Assembly: GCA_964016885.1 (NCBI GenBank)
Contig: OZ024744.1
Span: 112,468,001-112,532,000, forward strand
Length of the DNA stretch: 64,000 bases
Origin: Eledone cirrhosa
Taxonomy: Eukaryota
Reading direction: 5' to 3'
Below are positions 9,966 through 23,500 of this stretch, piece after piece. The notes beneath the pieces are model-generated. The model saw only the letters and a program-made list of their open reading frames with translations. It was not told where the DNA came from and ran no database searches. Position 1 is the stretch's first letter; each line of letters opens with the position of its first letter. The position numbers and the translations under genes are program-made.

Positions 9966-11225
9966 ACAAAGGAAGAGCCAGACAGTTCGGCGGCACCGTC
10001 TCGGTGCTGTTCAAAACCAATGCCTTGTTATTAAACACTCGGTGAACCCCCGTAGAACAGACGGCATAGTAATATACCCGTCCCATATGGGCAAGAGGAC
10101 AGTAAAGGCTCGCATTCCCAGCAGTGAACATATGGGGGCTCCTGCAGTGCGTGGTCGATGAGGTTAGCGACGGTACCCTCATAGACGTAACAAAAACGTC
10201 TAGAGAGGACTGGTCCGGGATGGATTTGGGGAATTTTCTCCAAATCAAACCGGACGAAACGATAAAAACATCCCGAACCACGTGCACCTTCAGGACGGGT
10301 ACACTATATAATTGGTCACACTGCTTCGTCTGCGGCGAAGCAACACATCTGCGAGCCTTCTCTCCTCAGCTCAAAAATGCAGGGGACCACAAGTCTCCGT
10401 TGCTGTAAACACCAGTGTCAGGACATAAAACGCTACAACCAGCAGCGACCGAAGAAGTAGCAGTGTCAGTGCCAGCAACAGCAACAGCAACAGCAGCAAC
10501 AACAACAAAGGACCACCAGATAATCGCCCAAACAAGCTCTCTCTCTCTCTCTTCGCCTCGTTCAAACTCACACACATAGACCAACACTGACACACCCGTA
10601 AATACATTCCTACCTACCTACACCCCCCCCCCCCCCTTTGATACAGAGTCACCAGACACTAGTTCCACCTCATCCCAAGTGAAGATGAGGGGGACCCAAA
10701 ACCCAAGAAACAAAAATGAAAACTCAAAAAGAAAAATACGTCTTCACACAAACAACAACAAGCACACAAAACATACCCACAGCAAACTCAGATACACCGA
10801 CAACGACACCGACACAACCGCAAAAAATATAAACGAAAACATACGCAATCAGAAACTAAAACAGAAACACGCAACTTGATGTTGCTGAAAAAGAGCAAGA
10901 AAGAACTAATTACTTGCGCAACATGAAGCCAAGACATTGGGAAAGAGAAACAGATTTTCGGCATCTGCCCCTAGGTTAAACGCCTCAAGTAGGCTTTTGA
11001 AGGGGCTCCAAATGGTACCCCACCACAAGCGCCGAGAAGGTAAGTAAATCTTTCTCAATCGTTCAACCAGACAACATGGCCATCTTAAAAGTAGGATGCT
11101 TAAATGTTCCTGGCCTGGGGTCATCCTGGGAGAAGGGTCGCCTGCTGAGCGACGTCAGGTTACTAGATATGGATGTGACTGCCGTCTGTGAGACTAGGAT
11201 TTCTGACATACGCGCACTGACCAAT
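9966..11225 (+). mobile_element. L1/Tx1-type LINE 5' fragment: ORF1 with a degenerate CCHC knuckle and the start of the ORF2 APE endonuclease
   Basis: HCFVCGEATHLRAFSP in ORF 10124..10408. ATG 11076 gives MAILKVGCLNVPGLG..LLDMDVTAVCETRI (APE motifs NVxGL and ET); truncated at ~11225. Confidence 0.75.
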
Positions 11226-11511
11226 GGTCAATATCCTGTATGAAAGTTCTAGCTGGATCATTCCTCTACCTCCATTTTGTCTAGGGAGATAAAGGCGAAA
11301 ACCACATCTGCTTTTGGGTGATGTATTCTATTACAGGTCAACAGCTTCCTGATTTTGGGGTCCATTCTCTTAATTTCGTTAACGTACCAATTTAAAATAT
11401 TGAAACTGTAGGTGACAACAGGGATTGCAAATGTTTTTATGGCAGATAATTTATTTCTCGAGTTAATCTCTGTTTTAACTCCAGTAGCATTCTTTTCTGA
11501 TTCTCTCTTTC
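11222..11511 (-). pseudogene. R4/Dong-type LINE, RT thumb region, downstream of the satellite
   Basis: Minus strand: NMKERIRKECY..KTEINSRNKLSAIKTFAIPVVTYSFNILNW..IRKLLTCNRIHHPKADV..RLYLPRQNGGRGMIQLE. Confidence 0.85.
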
Positions 11512-14500
11512 ATATTAATGTGGTGAATACCTTGGCCCTCATTGATCCCTAGTTATCTGTAGGGTTGTTCCTGTTGGTGTGGTGAATACCTTGGCCTTCA
11601 TTGATCCCTAGTTATCTGTAGGGCTGTTCCTGATGGTGTGGTGAATACCTTGGCCTTCATTGATCCCTAGTTATCTGTAGGGTTGTTCCTGTTGGTGTGG
11701 TGAATACCTTGGCCTTCATTGATCCCTAGTTATCTGTAGGGTTGTTCATGTTTGTGTGGTGAATACCTTGGCCCTCATTGATCCCTAGTTATCTGTAGGG
11801 TTGTTCCTGTTGGTGTGGTGAATACCTTGGCCTTCATTGATCCCTAGTTATCTGTAGGGTTGTTCCTTTGGTGTGGTGAATAACTTGGCCCTCATTGATC
11901 CCTAGTTATCTGTAGGCTTGTTCCTGTTGGTGTGGTGAATACCTTGGCCTTCATTGATCCCTAGATATCTGTAGGGTTGTTCATGTTGGTGTGGTGAATA
12001 CCTTGGCCTTCCTTGATCCCTAGTTATCTGTAGGGTTGTTCCTGTTGGTGTGCTGAATACCTTGGCCCTCATTGATCCCTAGTTATCTGTAGGGTTGTTC
12101 CTGTTGGTGTGGTGAATACCTTGGCCCTCATAGATCCCTAGATATCTGTAGGGTTGTTCCTGTTGGTGTGGTGAATACCTTGGCCCTCATTGATCCCTAG
12201 TTATATGTAGGGTTGTTCTTGTTGGTGTAGTGAATACCTTGGCCCTCATTGATCCCTAGTTATCTGTAGGGTTGTTCCTGTTGGTGTGGTGAATACCTTG
12301 GCCTTCATTGATCCCTAGTTATCTGTAGGGTTGTTCCTGTTGGTGTGGTGAATACCTTGGCCCTCATTGATCCCTAGTTATCTGTAGGGTTGTTCTTGTT
12401 GGTGTGGTGAATACCTTGGCCCTCATTGATCCCTAGTTATCTGTAGGGTTGTTCCTGTTGGTGTGGTGAATACCTTGGCCTTCCTTGGTCCCTAGATATC
12501 TGTAGAGTTGTTCTTGTTGGTGTGGTGAATAACTTGGCCCTCATTGATCCCTAGTTATGTGTAGGGTTGTTCATGTTGGCATGGTGAATACCTTGGCCTT
12601 CCTTGATCCCTAGTTATCTGTAGGGTTGTTCCTGTTGGTGTGGTAAATACCTTGGCCTTCCTTGATCCCTAGTTATCTGTAGGGTTGTTCATGTTTGTGT
12701 GGTGAATACCTTGGCCCTCATTGATCCCTAGTTATCAGTAGGGTTGTTCCTGTTGGTGTGGTGAATACCTTGGCCTTCATTGATCCCTAGTTGTCTGTAG
12801 GGTTGTTCCTGTTGGTGTGGTGAATACCTTGGCCCTCATTGATCCCTAGTTATCTGTAGGGTTGTTCCTGTTGGTGTGTTGAATACCTTGGCCCTCATTG
12901 ATCCCTAGTTATCTGTAGGGTTGTTCCTGTTGGTGTGGTGAATACCTTGGCCTTCATTGATACCTAGATATCTGTAGGGTTGTTCATGTTGGTGTGGTGA
13001 ATACCTTGGCCTTCCTCGATCCCTAGTTATATGTAGGGTTGTTCCTGTTGGTGTGCTGAATACCTTGGCCCTCATTGATCCCTAGTTATCTGTAGGGTTG
13101 TTCCTGTTGGTGTGGTGAATACCTTGGCCTTCCTTGGTCCCTAGATATCTGTAGAGTTGTTCTTGTTGGTGTGGTGAATACCTTGGCCCTCATTGATCCA
13201 TAGTTATGTGTAGGGTTGTTCATGTTGGCATGGTGAATACCTTGGCCTTTCTTGATCCCTAGTTATCTGTAGGGTTGTTCCTGTTGGTGTGGTGAATACC
13301 TTGGCCTTCCTTGATCCCTAGTTATCTGTAGGGTTGTTCCTGTTGGTGTCGTAAATACCTTGGCCTTCCTTGATCCCTAGTTATCTGTAGGGTTGTTCAT
13401 GTTTGTGTGGTGAATACCTTGGCCCTCATTGATCCCTAGTTATCTGTAGGGTTGTTCCTGTTGGTGTGGTGAATACCTTGGCCCTCATTGATCCCTAGTT
13501 ATATGTAGGGTTGTTCTTGTTGGTGTGGTGAATACCTTGGCCCTCATTGATCCCTAGTTATCTGTAGGGTTGTTCCTGTTGGTGTGGTGAATACCTTGGC
13601 CTTCCTTGGTCCCTAGATATCTGTAGAGTTGTTCTTGTTGGTGTGGTGAATACCTTGGCCGTCATTGATCCCTAGTTATGTGTAGGGTTGTTCATGTTGG
13701 CATGGTGAATACCTTGGCCTTCCTTGATCCCTAGTTATCTGTAGGGTTGTTCCTGTTGGTGTGGTGAATACCTTGGCCTTCCTTGATCCCTAGTTATCTG
13801 TAGGGTTGTTCCTGTTGGTGTGGTAAATACCTTGGCCTTCCTTGATCCCTAGTTATCTGTAGGGTTGTTCATGTTTGTGTGGTGAATACCTTGGCCCTCA
13901 TTGATCCCTAGTTATCTGTAGGGTTGTTCCTGTTGGTGTGGTGAATACCTTGGCCCTCATTGATCCCTAGTTATCTGTAGGGTTGTTCCTGTTGGTGTGG
14001 TGAATACCTTGGCCTTCATTGATCCCTAGATATCTGTAGGGTTGTTCATGTTGGTGTGGTGAATACCTTGGCCTTCCTTGATCCCTAGTTATCTGTAGGG
14101 TTGTTCCTGTTGGTGTGGTGAATACCTTGGCCCTCATTGATCCCTAGTTATCTGTAGGGTTGTTCCTGTTGGTGTGGTGAATACCTTGGCCTTCCTTGAT
14201 CCCTAGTTATCTGTAGGGTTGTTCTTGTTGGTGTGGTGAATACCTTGGCCTTCCTTGATCCCTAGATATCTGTAGGGTTGTTCCTGTTGGTGTGGTGAAT
14301 ACCTTGGCCCTCATAGATCCCTAGATATCTGTAGGGTTGTTCCTGTTGGTGTGGTGAATACCTTGGCCCTCATTGATCCCTAGTTATCTGTAGGGTTGTT
14401 CCTGTTGGTGTGGTGAATACCTTGGCCTTCATTGATACCTAGATATCTGTAGGGTTGTTCATGTTGGTGTGGTGAATACCTTGGCCTTCCTTGATCCCTA

Positions 14501-17500
14501 GTTATATGTAGGGTTGTTCCTGTTGGTGTGCTGAATACCTTGGCCCTCATTGATCCCTAGTTATCTGTAGGGTTGTTCCTGTTGGTGTGGTGAATACCTT
14601 GGCCTTCCTTGGTCCCTAGATATCTGTAGAGTTGTTCTTGTTGGTGTGGTGAATACCTTGGCCCTCATTGATCCCTAGTTATGTGTAGGGTTGTTCATGT
14701 TGGCATGGTGAATACCTTGGCCTTTCTTGATCCCTAGTTATCTGTAGGGTTGTTCCTGTTGGTGTGGTGAATACCTTGGCCTTCCTTGATCCCTAGTTAT
14801 CTGTAGGGTTGTTCCTGTTGGTGTGGTAAATACCTTGGCCTTCCTTGATCCCTAGTTATCTGTAGGGTTGTTCATGTTTGTGTGGTGAATACCTTGGCCC
14901 TCATTGATCCCTAGTTATCTGTAGGGTTGTTCCTGTTGGTGTGGTGAATACCTTGGCCCTCATTGATCCCTAGTTATATGTAGGGTTGTTCTTGTTGGTG
15001 TGGTGAATACCTTGGCCCTCATTGATCCCTAGTTATCTGTAGGGTTGTTCCTGTTGGTGTGGTGAATACCTTGGCCTTCCTTGGTCCCTAGATATCTGTA
15101 GAGTTGTTCTTGTTGGTGTGGTGAATACCTTGGCCGTCATTGATCCCTAGTTATGTGTAGGGTTGTTCATGTTGGCATGGTGAATACCTTGGCCTTCCTT
15201 GATCCCTAGTTATATGTAGGGTTGTTCCTGTTGGTGTGGTGAATACCTTGGCCTTCCTTGATCCCTAGTTATCTGTAAGGTTGTTCCTGTTGGTGTGGTA
15301 AATACCTTGGCCTTCCTTGATCCCTAGTTATCTGTAGGGTTGTTCATGTTTGTGTGGTGAATACCTTGGCCCTCATTGATCCCTAGTTATCTGTAGGGTT
15401 GTTCCTGTTGGTGTGGTGAATACCTTGGCCTTCATTGATCCCTAGTTATCTGTAGGGTTGTTCATGTTGGTGTGGTGAATACCTTGCCCTTCCTTGATCC
15501 CTAGTTATCTGTAGGGTTGTTCCTGTTGGTGTGGTGAATACCTTGGACCTCATTGATCCCTAGTTATCTTTAGGGTTGTTCCTGTTGGTGTGGTGAATAC
15601 CTTGGCCTTCATTGATCCCTAGATATCTGTAGGGTTGTTCATGTTGGTGTGGTGAATACCTTGGCCTTCCTTGATCCCTAGTTATCTGTAGGGTTGTTCC
15701 TGTTGGTGTGGTGAATACCTTGGCCCTCATTGATCCCTAGTTATCTGTAGGGTTGTTCCTGTTGGTGTGGTGAATACCTTGGCCTTCCTTGATCCCTAGT
15801 TATCTGTAGGGTTGTTCTTGTTGGTGTGGTGAATACCTTGGCCTTCCTTGATCCCTAGATATCTGTAGGGTTGTTCCTGTTGGTGTGGTGAATACCTTGG
15901 CCCTCATAGATCCCTAGATATCTGTAGGGTTGTTCCTGTTGGTGTGGTGAATACCTTGGCCCTCATTGATCCCTAGTTATATGTAGGGTTATTCTTGTTG
16001 GTGTGGTGAATACCTTGGCCCTCATTGATCCCTTGTTATCTGTAGGGTTGTTCCTGTTGGTGTGGTGAATACCTTGGCCTTCCTTGGTCCCTAGATATCT
16101 GTAGAGTTGTTCTTGTTGGTGTGGTGAATACCTTGGCCCTCATTGATCCCTAGTTATGTGTAGGGTTGTTCATGTTGGCATGGTGACTACCTTGGCCTTC
16201 ATTGATCCCTAGTTATCTGTAGGGTTGTTCATGTTTGTGTGGTGAATACCTTGGCCTTCATTGATCCCTAGTTATCTGTAGGGTTGTTCATGTTGGTGTG
16301 GTGAATACCTTGGCCTTCATTGATCCCTAGTTATCTGTAGGGGTGTTCCTGTTGGTGTGGTGAATACCTTGGCCTTCATTGATCCCTAGATATCTGTAAG
16401 GTTGTTCCTGTTGGTGTGGTGAATACCTAGGCCTTCATTGATCCCTAGTTATCTGTAGGGTTGTTCCTGTTGGTGTGGTGAATACCTTGGCTTTCCTTGA
16501 TCCCTAGTTATCTGTAGGGTTGTTCATGTTTGTGTGGTGAATATCTTGGCCCTCATTGATCCCTAGTTATCTGTAGGGTTGTTCATGTTGGTGTGGTGAA
16601 TACCTTGGCCTTCATTGATCCCTAGTTATGTGTAGTGTTATTCTTGTTGGTGTGGTGAATACCTTGGCCTTCATTGATCCCTAGATATCTGTAGGGTTGT
16701 TCATGTTTGTGTGGTGAATACCTTGGCCTTCATTGATCCTTAGTTATCTGTAGGGTTGTTCATGTTTGTGTGGTGAATATCTTGGCCTTCATTGATCCCT
16801 AGTTATCTGTAGGGTTGTTCTTGTTGGTGTGGTGAATACCTTGGCCCTCATTGATCCCTAGTTATGTGTAGGGTTGTTCATGTTGGCATGGTGAATACCT
16901 TGGCCTTTCTTGATCCCTAGTTATCTGTAGGGTTGTTCCTGTTGGTGTGGTGAATACCTTGGCCTTCCTTGATCCCTAGTTATCTGTAGGGTTGTTCCTG
17001 TTGGTGTGGTAAATACCTTGGCCTTCCTTGATCCCTAGTTATCTGTAGGGTTGTTCATGTTTGTGTGGTGAATACCTTGGCCCTCATTGATCCCTAGTTA
17101 TCTGTAGGGTTGTTCCTGTTGGTGTGGTGAATACCTTGGCCCTCATTGATCCCTAGTTATATGTAGGGTTGTTCTTGTTGGTGTGGTGAATACCTTGGCC
17201 CTCATTGATCCCTAGTTATCTGTAGGGTTGTTCCTGTTGGTGTGGTGAATACCTTGGCCTTCCTTGGTCCCTAGATATCTGTAGAGTTGTTCTTGTTGGT
17301 GTGGTGAATACCTTGGCCGTCATTGATCCCTAGTTATGTGTAGGGTTGTTCATGTTGGCATGGTGAATACCTTGGCCTTCCTTGATCCCTAGTTATATGT
17401 AGGGTTGTTCCTGTTGGTGTGGTGAATACCTTGGCCTTCCTTGATCCCTAGTTATCTGTAAGGTTGTTCCTGTTGGTGTGGTAAATACCTTGGCCTTCCT

Positions 17501-20500
17501 TGATCCCTAGTTATCTGTAGGGTTGTTCATGTTTGTGTGGTGAATACCTTGGCCCTCATTGATCCCTAGTTATCTGTAGGGTTGTTCCTGTTGGTGTGGT
17601 GAATACCTTGGCCTTCATTGATCCCTAGTTATCTGTAGGGTTGTTCATGTTGGTGTGGTGAATACCTTGGCCTTCCTTGATCCCTAGTTATCTGTAGGGT
17701 TGTTCCTGTTGGTGTGGTGAATACCTTGGACCTCATTGATCCCTAGTTATCTTTAGGGTTGTTCCTGTTGGTGTGGTGAATACCTTGGCCTTCATTGATC
17801 CCTAGATATCTGTAGGGTTGTTCATGTTGGTGTGGTGAATACCTTGGCCTTCCTTGATCCCTAGTTATCTGTAGGGTTGTTCCTGTTGGTGTGGTGAATA
17901 CCTTGGCCCTCATTGATCCCTAGTTATCTGTAGGGTTGTTCCTGTTGGTGTGGTGAATACCTTGGCCTTCCTTGATCCCTAGTTATCTGTAGGGTTGTTC
18001 TTGTTGGTGTGGTGAATACCTTGGCCTTCCTTGATCCCTAGATATCTGTAGGGTTGTTCCTGTTGGTGTGGTGAATACCTTGGCCCTCATAGATCCCTAG
18101 ATATCTGTAGGGTTGTTCCTGTTGGTGTGGTGAATACCTTGGCCCTCATTGATCCCTAGTTATATGTAGGGTTATTCTTGTTGGTGTGGTGAATACCTTG
18201 GCCCTCATTGATCCCTTGTTATCTGTAGGGTTGTTCCTGTTGGTGTGGTGAATACCTTGGCCTTCCTTGGTCCCTAGATATCTGTAGAGTTGTTCTTGTT
18301 GGTGTGGTGAATACCTTGGCCCTCATTGATCCCTAGTTATGTGTAGGGTTGTTCATGTTGGCATGGTGACTACCTTGGCCTTCATTGATCCCTAGTTATC
18401 TGTAGGGTTGTTCATGTTTGTGTGGTGAATACCTTGGCCTTCATTGATCCCTAGTTATCTGTAGGGTTGTTCATGTTGGTGTGGTGAATACCTTGGCCTT
18501 CATTGATCCCTAGTTATCTGTAGGGGTGTTCCTGTTGGTGTGGTGAATACCTTGGCCTTCATTGATCCCTAGATATCTGTAAGGTTGTTCCTGTTGGTGT
18601 GGTGAATACCTAGGCCTTCATTGATCCCTAGTTATCTGTAGGGTTGTTCCTGTTGGTGTGGTGAATACCTTGGCTTTCCTTGATCCCTAGTTATCTGTAG
18701 GGTTGTTCCTGTTGGTGTGGTAAATACCTTGGCCTTCCTTGATCCCTAGTTATCTGTAGGGTTGTTCATGTTTGTGTGGTGAATATCTTGGCCCTCATTG
18801 ATCCCTAGTTATCTGTAGGGTTGTTCATGTTGGTGTGGTGAATACCTTGGCCTTCATTGATCCCTAGTTATGTGTAGTGTTATTCTTGTTGGTGTGGTGA
18901 ATACCTTGGCCTTCATTGATCCCTAGATATCTGTAGGGTTGTTCATGTTTGTGTGGTGAATACCTTGGCCTTCATTGATCCTTAGTTATCTGTAGGGTTG
19001 TTCATGTTTGTGTGGTGAATATCTTGGCCTTCATTGATCCCTAGTTATCTGTAGGGTTGTTCATGTTTGTGTGGTGAATACCTTGGCCTTCATTGATCCC
19101 TAGTTATCTGTAGGGTTGTTCCTGTTGGTGTGGTGAATACCTTGGCCTTCATTGATCCCTAGATATCTGTAGGGTTGTTCCTGTTGGTGTGGTGAATACC
19201 TAGGCCTTCATTGATCCCTAGTTATCTGTAGGGTTTTTCATGTTGCTGTGGTGAATACCTTGGCCTTCCTTGATCCCTAGTTATCTGTAGGGTTATTCAT
19301 GTTGCTGTGGTGAATACCTTGGCCTTCCTTAATCCCTAGATATCTGTAGGGTTGTTATTGTTGGTGTGGTGAATACCTTGGCCTTCATTGATCCCTAGAT
19401 ATCTGTAAAGTTGTTCCTGTTGGCGTGGTGAATACCATGGCCCTCATTGATCCCTAGTTATCTGTAGTGTTGTGCCTGTTGGTGTGGTGAATACCTTGGC
19501 CTTTATTGATCCCTAGATATCTGTAGGGTTGTTCTTGCTGGTGTGGTGAATACCTTGGCCTTCATTGATCCCTAGTTATGTGTAGGGTTGTTCATGTTGG
19601 TGTGGTGAATACCATGGCCTTCCTTGATCCCTAGTTATCTGTAGGGTTGTGCCTGTTGGTGTGGTGAATACCTTGGCCTTCATTGATCCCTAGTTATCTG
19701 TAGGGTTGTTCCTGTTGGTGTGGTGAATACCTTGGCCTTCATTGATCCCTAGTTATCTGTAGGGTTGTGCCTGTTGGTGTGGTGAATATCTTGGCCTTCC
19801 TTGATCCCTAGTTATCTGTAGGGTTGTTCCTGTTGGTGTGGTGAATACCTTGGCCCTCATTGATCCCTAGTTATGTGTAGGGTTGTTCATGTTGGCATGG
19901 TGAATACCTTGGCCCTCATAGATCCCTAGTTATCTGTAGGGTTGTTCATGATGGTGTGGTGAATAACTTGGCCCTCATTGATCCCTAGTTATCTGTATGG
20001 TTGTTCCTGTTGGTGTGGTGAATACCTTGGCCCTCATTGATCCCTAGTTATCTGTAGGGTTGTTCCTGTTGGTGTGGTGAATACCTTGGCCTTCATTGAT
20101 ACCTAGTTATCTGTAGGGTTGTTCCTGTTGGTGTGGTGAATACCTTGGCCCTCATTGATCCCAAGTTATATGTAGGGTTGTTCTTGTTGGTGTGGTGAAT
20201 ACCTTGGCCCTCATTGACCCCTAGTTATCTGTAGGGTTGTTCCTGTTGGTGTGGTGAATACCTTGGCCTTCCTTGGTCCCTAGATATCTGTAGAGTTGTT
20301 CTTGTTGGTGTGGTGAATACCTTGGCCCTCATTGATCCCTAGTTATGTGTAGGGTTGTTCATGTTGGTGTGGTGAATACTATGGCCTTTCTTGATCCCTA
20401 GTTATCTGTAGGGTTGTTCCTGTTGGTGTGGTAAATACCTTGGCCTTCCTTGATCCCTAGTTATCTGTAGGGTTGTTCATGTTTGTGTGGTGAATACCTT

Positions 20501-23500
20501 GGCCCTCATTGATCCCTAGTTTTCTGTAGGGTTGTTCCTGTTGCTGTGGTGAATACCTTGGCCTTCATTGATCCCTAGTTATCTGTAGGGTTGATCCTGT
20601 TGGTGTGGTGAATACCTTGGCCCTCATTGATCCCTAGTTATCTGTAGGGTTGTTCCTGTTGGTGTGGTGAATACCTTGGCCTTCCTTGATCCCTAGTTAT
20701 CTGTAGGGTTGTTCTTGTTGGTGTGGTGAATACCTTGGCCTTCCTTGATCCCTAGATATCTGTAGGGTTGTTCCTGTTGGTGTGGTGAATACCTTGGCCC
20801 TCATAGATCCCTAGATATCTGTAGGGTTGTTCCTGTTGGTGTGGTGAATACCTTGGCCCTCATTGATCCCTAGTTATCTGTAGGGTTGTTCTTGTTGGTG
20901 TGGTGAAGTCCTTGGCCGTCCTTGATCCCTAGATATCTGTAGGGTTGTTCCTGTTGGTGTGGTGAATACCTTGGCCCTCATTGATCCCTAGTTTTCTGTA
21001 GGGTTGTTCCTGTTGGTGTGGTGAATACCTTGGCCTTCCTTGGTCCCTAGATATCTGTAGAGTTGTTCTTGTTGGTGTGGTGAATACCTTGGCCCTCATT
21101 GATCCCTAGTTATGTGTAGGGTTGTTCATGTTGGCATGGTGACTACCTTGGCCTTCCTTGATCCCTAGTTATCTGTAGGGTTGTTCCTGTTGGTGTGGTG
21201 AATACCTTGGCCTTCCTTGATCCCTAGTTATCTGTAGGATTGTTCCTGTTGGTGTGGTAAATACCTTGGCCTTCCTTGATCCCTAGTTATCTGTAGGGTT
21301 GTTCCTGTTGGTGTGGTGAATACCTTGGCCATCATTGATCCCTAGTTATGTGTAGGGTTGTTCTTGTTGGTGTGGTGAATACCTTGGCCTTCATTGATCC
21401 CTAGATATCTGTAGGGTTGTTCATGTTTGTGTGGTGAATACCTTGGCCTTCATTGATCCCTAGTTATCTGTAGGGTTGTTCATGTTGGTGTGGTGAATTC
21501 CTTGGACTTCATTGATCCCTAGTTATCTGTAGGGTTGTTCATGTTTGTGTGGTGAATACCTTGGCCTTCATTGATCCCTAGTTATCTGTAGGGTTGTTCC
21601 TGTTGGTGTGGTGAATACCTTGGCCTTCATTGATCCCTAGTTATCTGTAGGGTTGTTCATGTTGGTGTGGTGAATACCTTGGCCTTCATTGATCCCTAGT
21701 TATCTGTAGGGGTGTTCCTGTTGGCGTGGTGAATAGCTTGGCCTTCATTGATCCCTAGATATCTGTAGGGTTGTTCCTGTTGGTGTGGTGAATACCTAGG
21801 CCTTCATTGATCCCTAGTTATCTGTAGGGTTTTTCATGTTGCTGTGGTGAATACCTTGGCCTTCCTTGATCCCTAGTTATCTGTAGGGTTGTTCATGTTG
21901 GTGTGGTGAATACCTTGGCCATCATTGATCCCTAGTTATGTGTAGGGTTGTTCTTGTTGGTGTGGTGAATACCTTGGCCTTCATTGATCCCTAGATATCT
22001 GTAGGGTTGTTCATGTTTGTGTGGTGAATACCTTGGCCTTCATTGATCCCTAGTTATCTGTAGGGTTGTTCATGTTGGTGTGGTGAATTCCTTGGCCTTC
22101 ATTGATCCCTAGTTATCTGTAGGGTTGTTCATGTTTGTGTGGTGAATACCTTGGCCTTCATTGATCCCTAGTTATCTGTAGGGTTGTTCATGTTTGTGTG
22201 GTGAATACCTTGGCCTTCATTGATCCCTAGTTATCTGTAGGGTTGTTCATGTTGGTGTGGTGAATACCTTGGCCTTCATTGATCCCTAGTTATCTGTAGG
22301 GGTGTTCCTGTTGGCGTAGTGAATACCTTGGCCTTCATTGATCCCTAGATATCTGTAAGGTTGTTCCTGTTGGTGTGGTGAATACCTAGGCCTTCATTGA
22401 TCCCTAGTTATCTGTAGGGTTTTTCATGTTGCTGTGGTGAATACCTTGGCCTTCCTTGATCCCTAGTTATCTGTAGGGTTGTTCCTGTTGGTGTGGTGAA
22501 TACCTTGGCCTTCCTTGATCCCTAGTTATCTGTAGGGTTGTTCCTGTTGGTGTGGTAAATACCTTGGCCTTCCTTGATCCCTAGTTATCTGTAGGGTTGT
22601 TCATGTTGGTGTGGTGAATACCTTGGACTTCATTGATCCCTAGGTATGTGTAGTGTTATTCTTGTTGGTGTGGTGAATACCTTGGCCTTCATTGATCCCT
22701 AGATATCTGTAGGGTTGTTCATGTTTGTGTGGTGAATACCTTGGCCTTCATTGATCCCTAGTTATCTGTAGGGTTGTTCATGTTTGTGTGGTGAATACCT
22801 TGGCCTTCATTGATCCCTAGTTATCTGTAGGCTTGTTCATGTTGGTGTGGTGAATACCTTGGCCTTCATTGATCCCTAGTTATCTGTAGGGTTGTTCCTG
22901 TTAGTGTGGTGAATACCTTGGCCTTCATTGATCCCTAGATATCTGTAGGGTTGTTCCTGTTGGTGTGGTGAATACCTAGGCCTTCATTGATCCCTAGTTA
23001 TTTGTAGGGTTTTTCATGTTGCTGTGGTGAATACCTTGGCCTTCCTTGATCCCTAGTTATCTGTAGGGTTGTTCATGTTGCTGTGGTGAATACCTTGGCC
23101 TTCCTTGATCCCTAGATATCTGTAGGGTTGTTATTGTTGGTGTGGTGAATACCTTGGCCTTCCTTGATCCCTAGATATCTGTAGAGTTGTTCCTGTTGGC
23201 GTGGTGAATACCATGGCCCTCATTGATCCCTAGTTATCTGTAGTGTTGTGCCTGTTGGTGTGGTGAATACCTTGGCCTTCCTTGATCCCTAGATATCTGT
23301 AGGGTTGTTCCTGTTGGTGTGGTGAATACCTTGGCCTTCCTTGATCCCTAGTTATCTGTAGGGGTGTTCTTGTTGGTGTGGTGAATACCTTGGCCTTCCT
23401 TGATCCCTAGATATCTGTAGGGTTGTTCCTGTTGGTGTGGTGAATACCTTGGCCCTCATTGATCCCTAGTTATCTGTAGTGTTGTTCCTGTTGGTGGGGT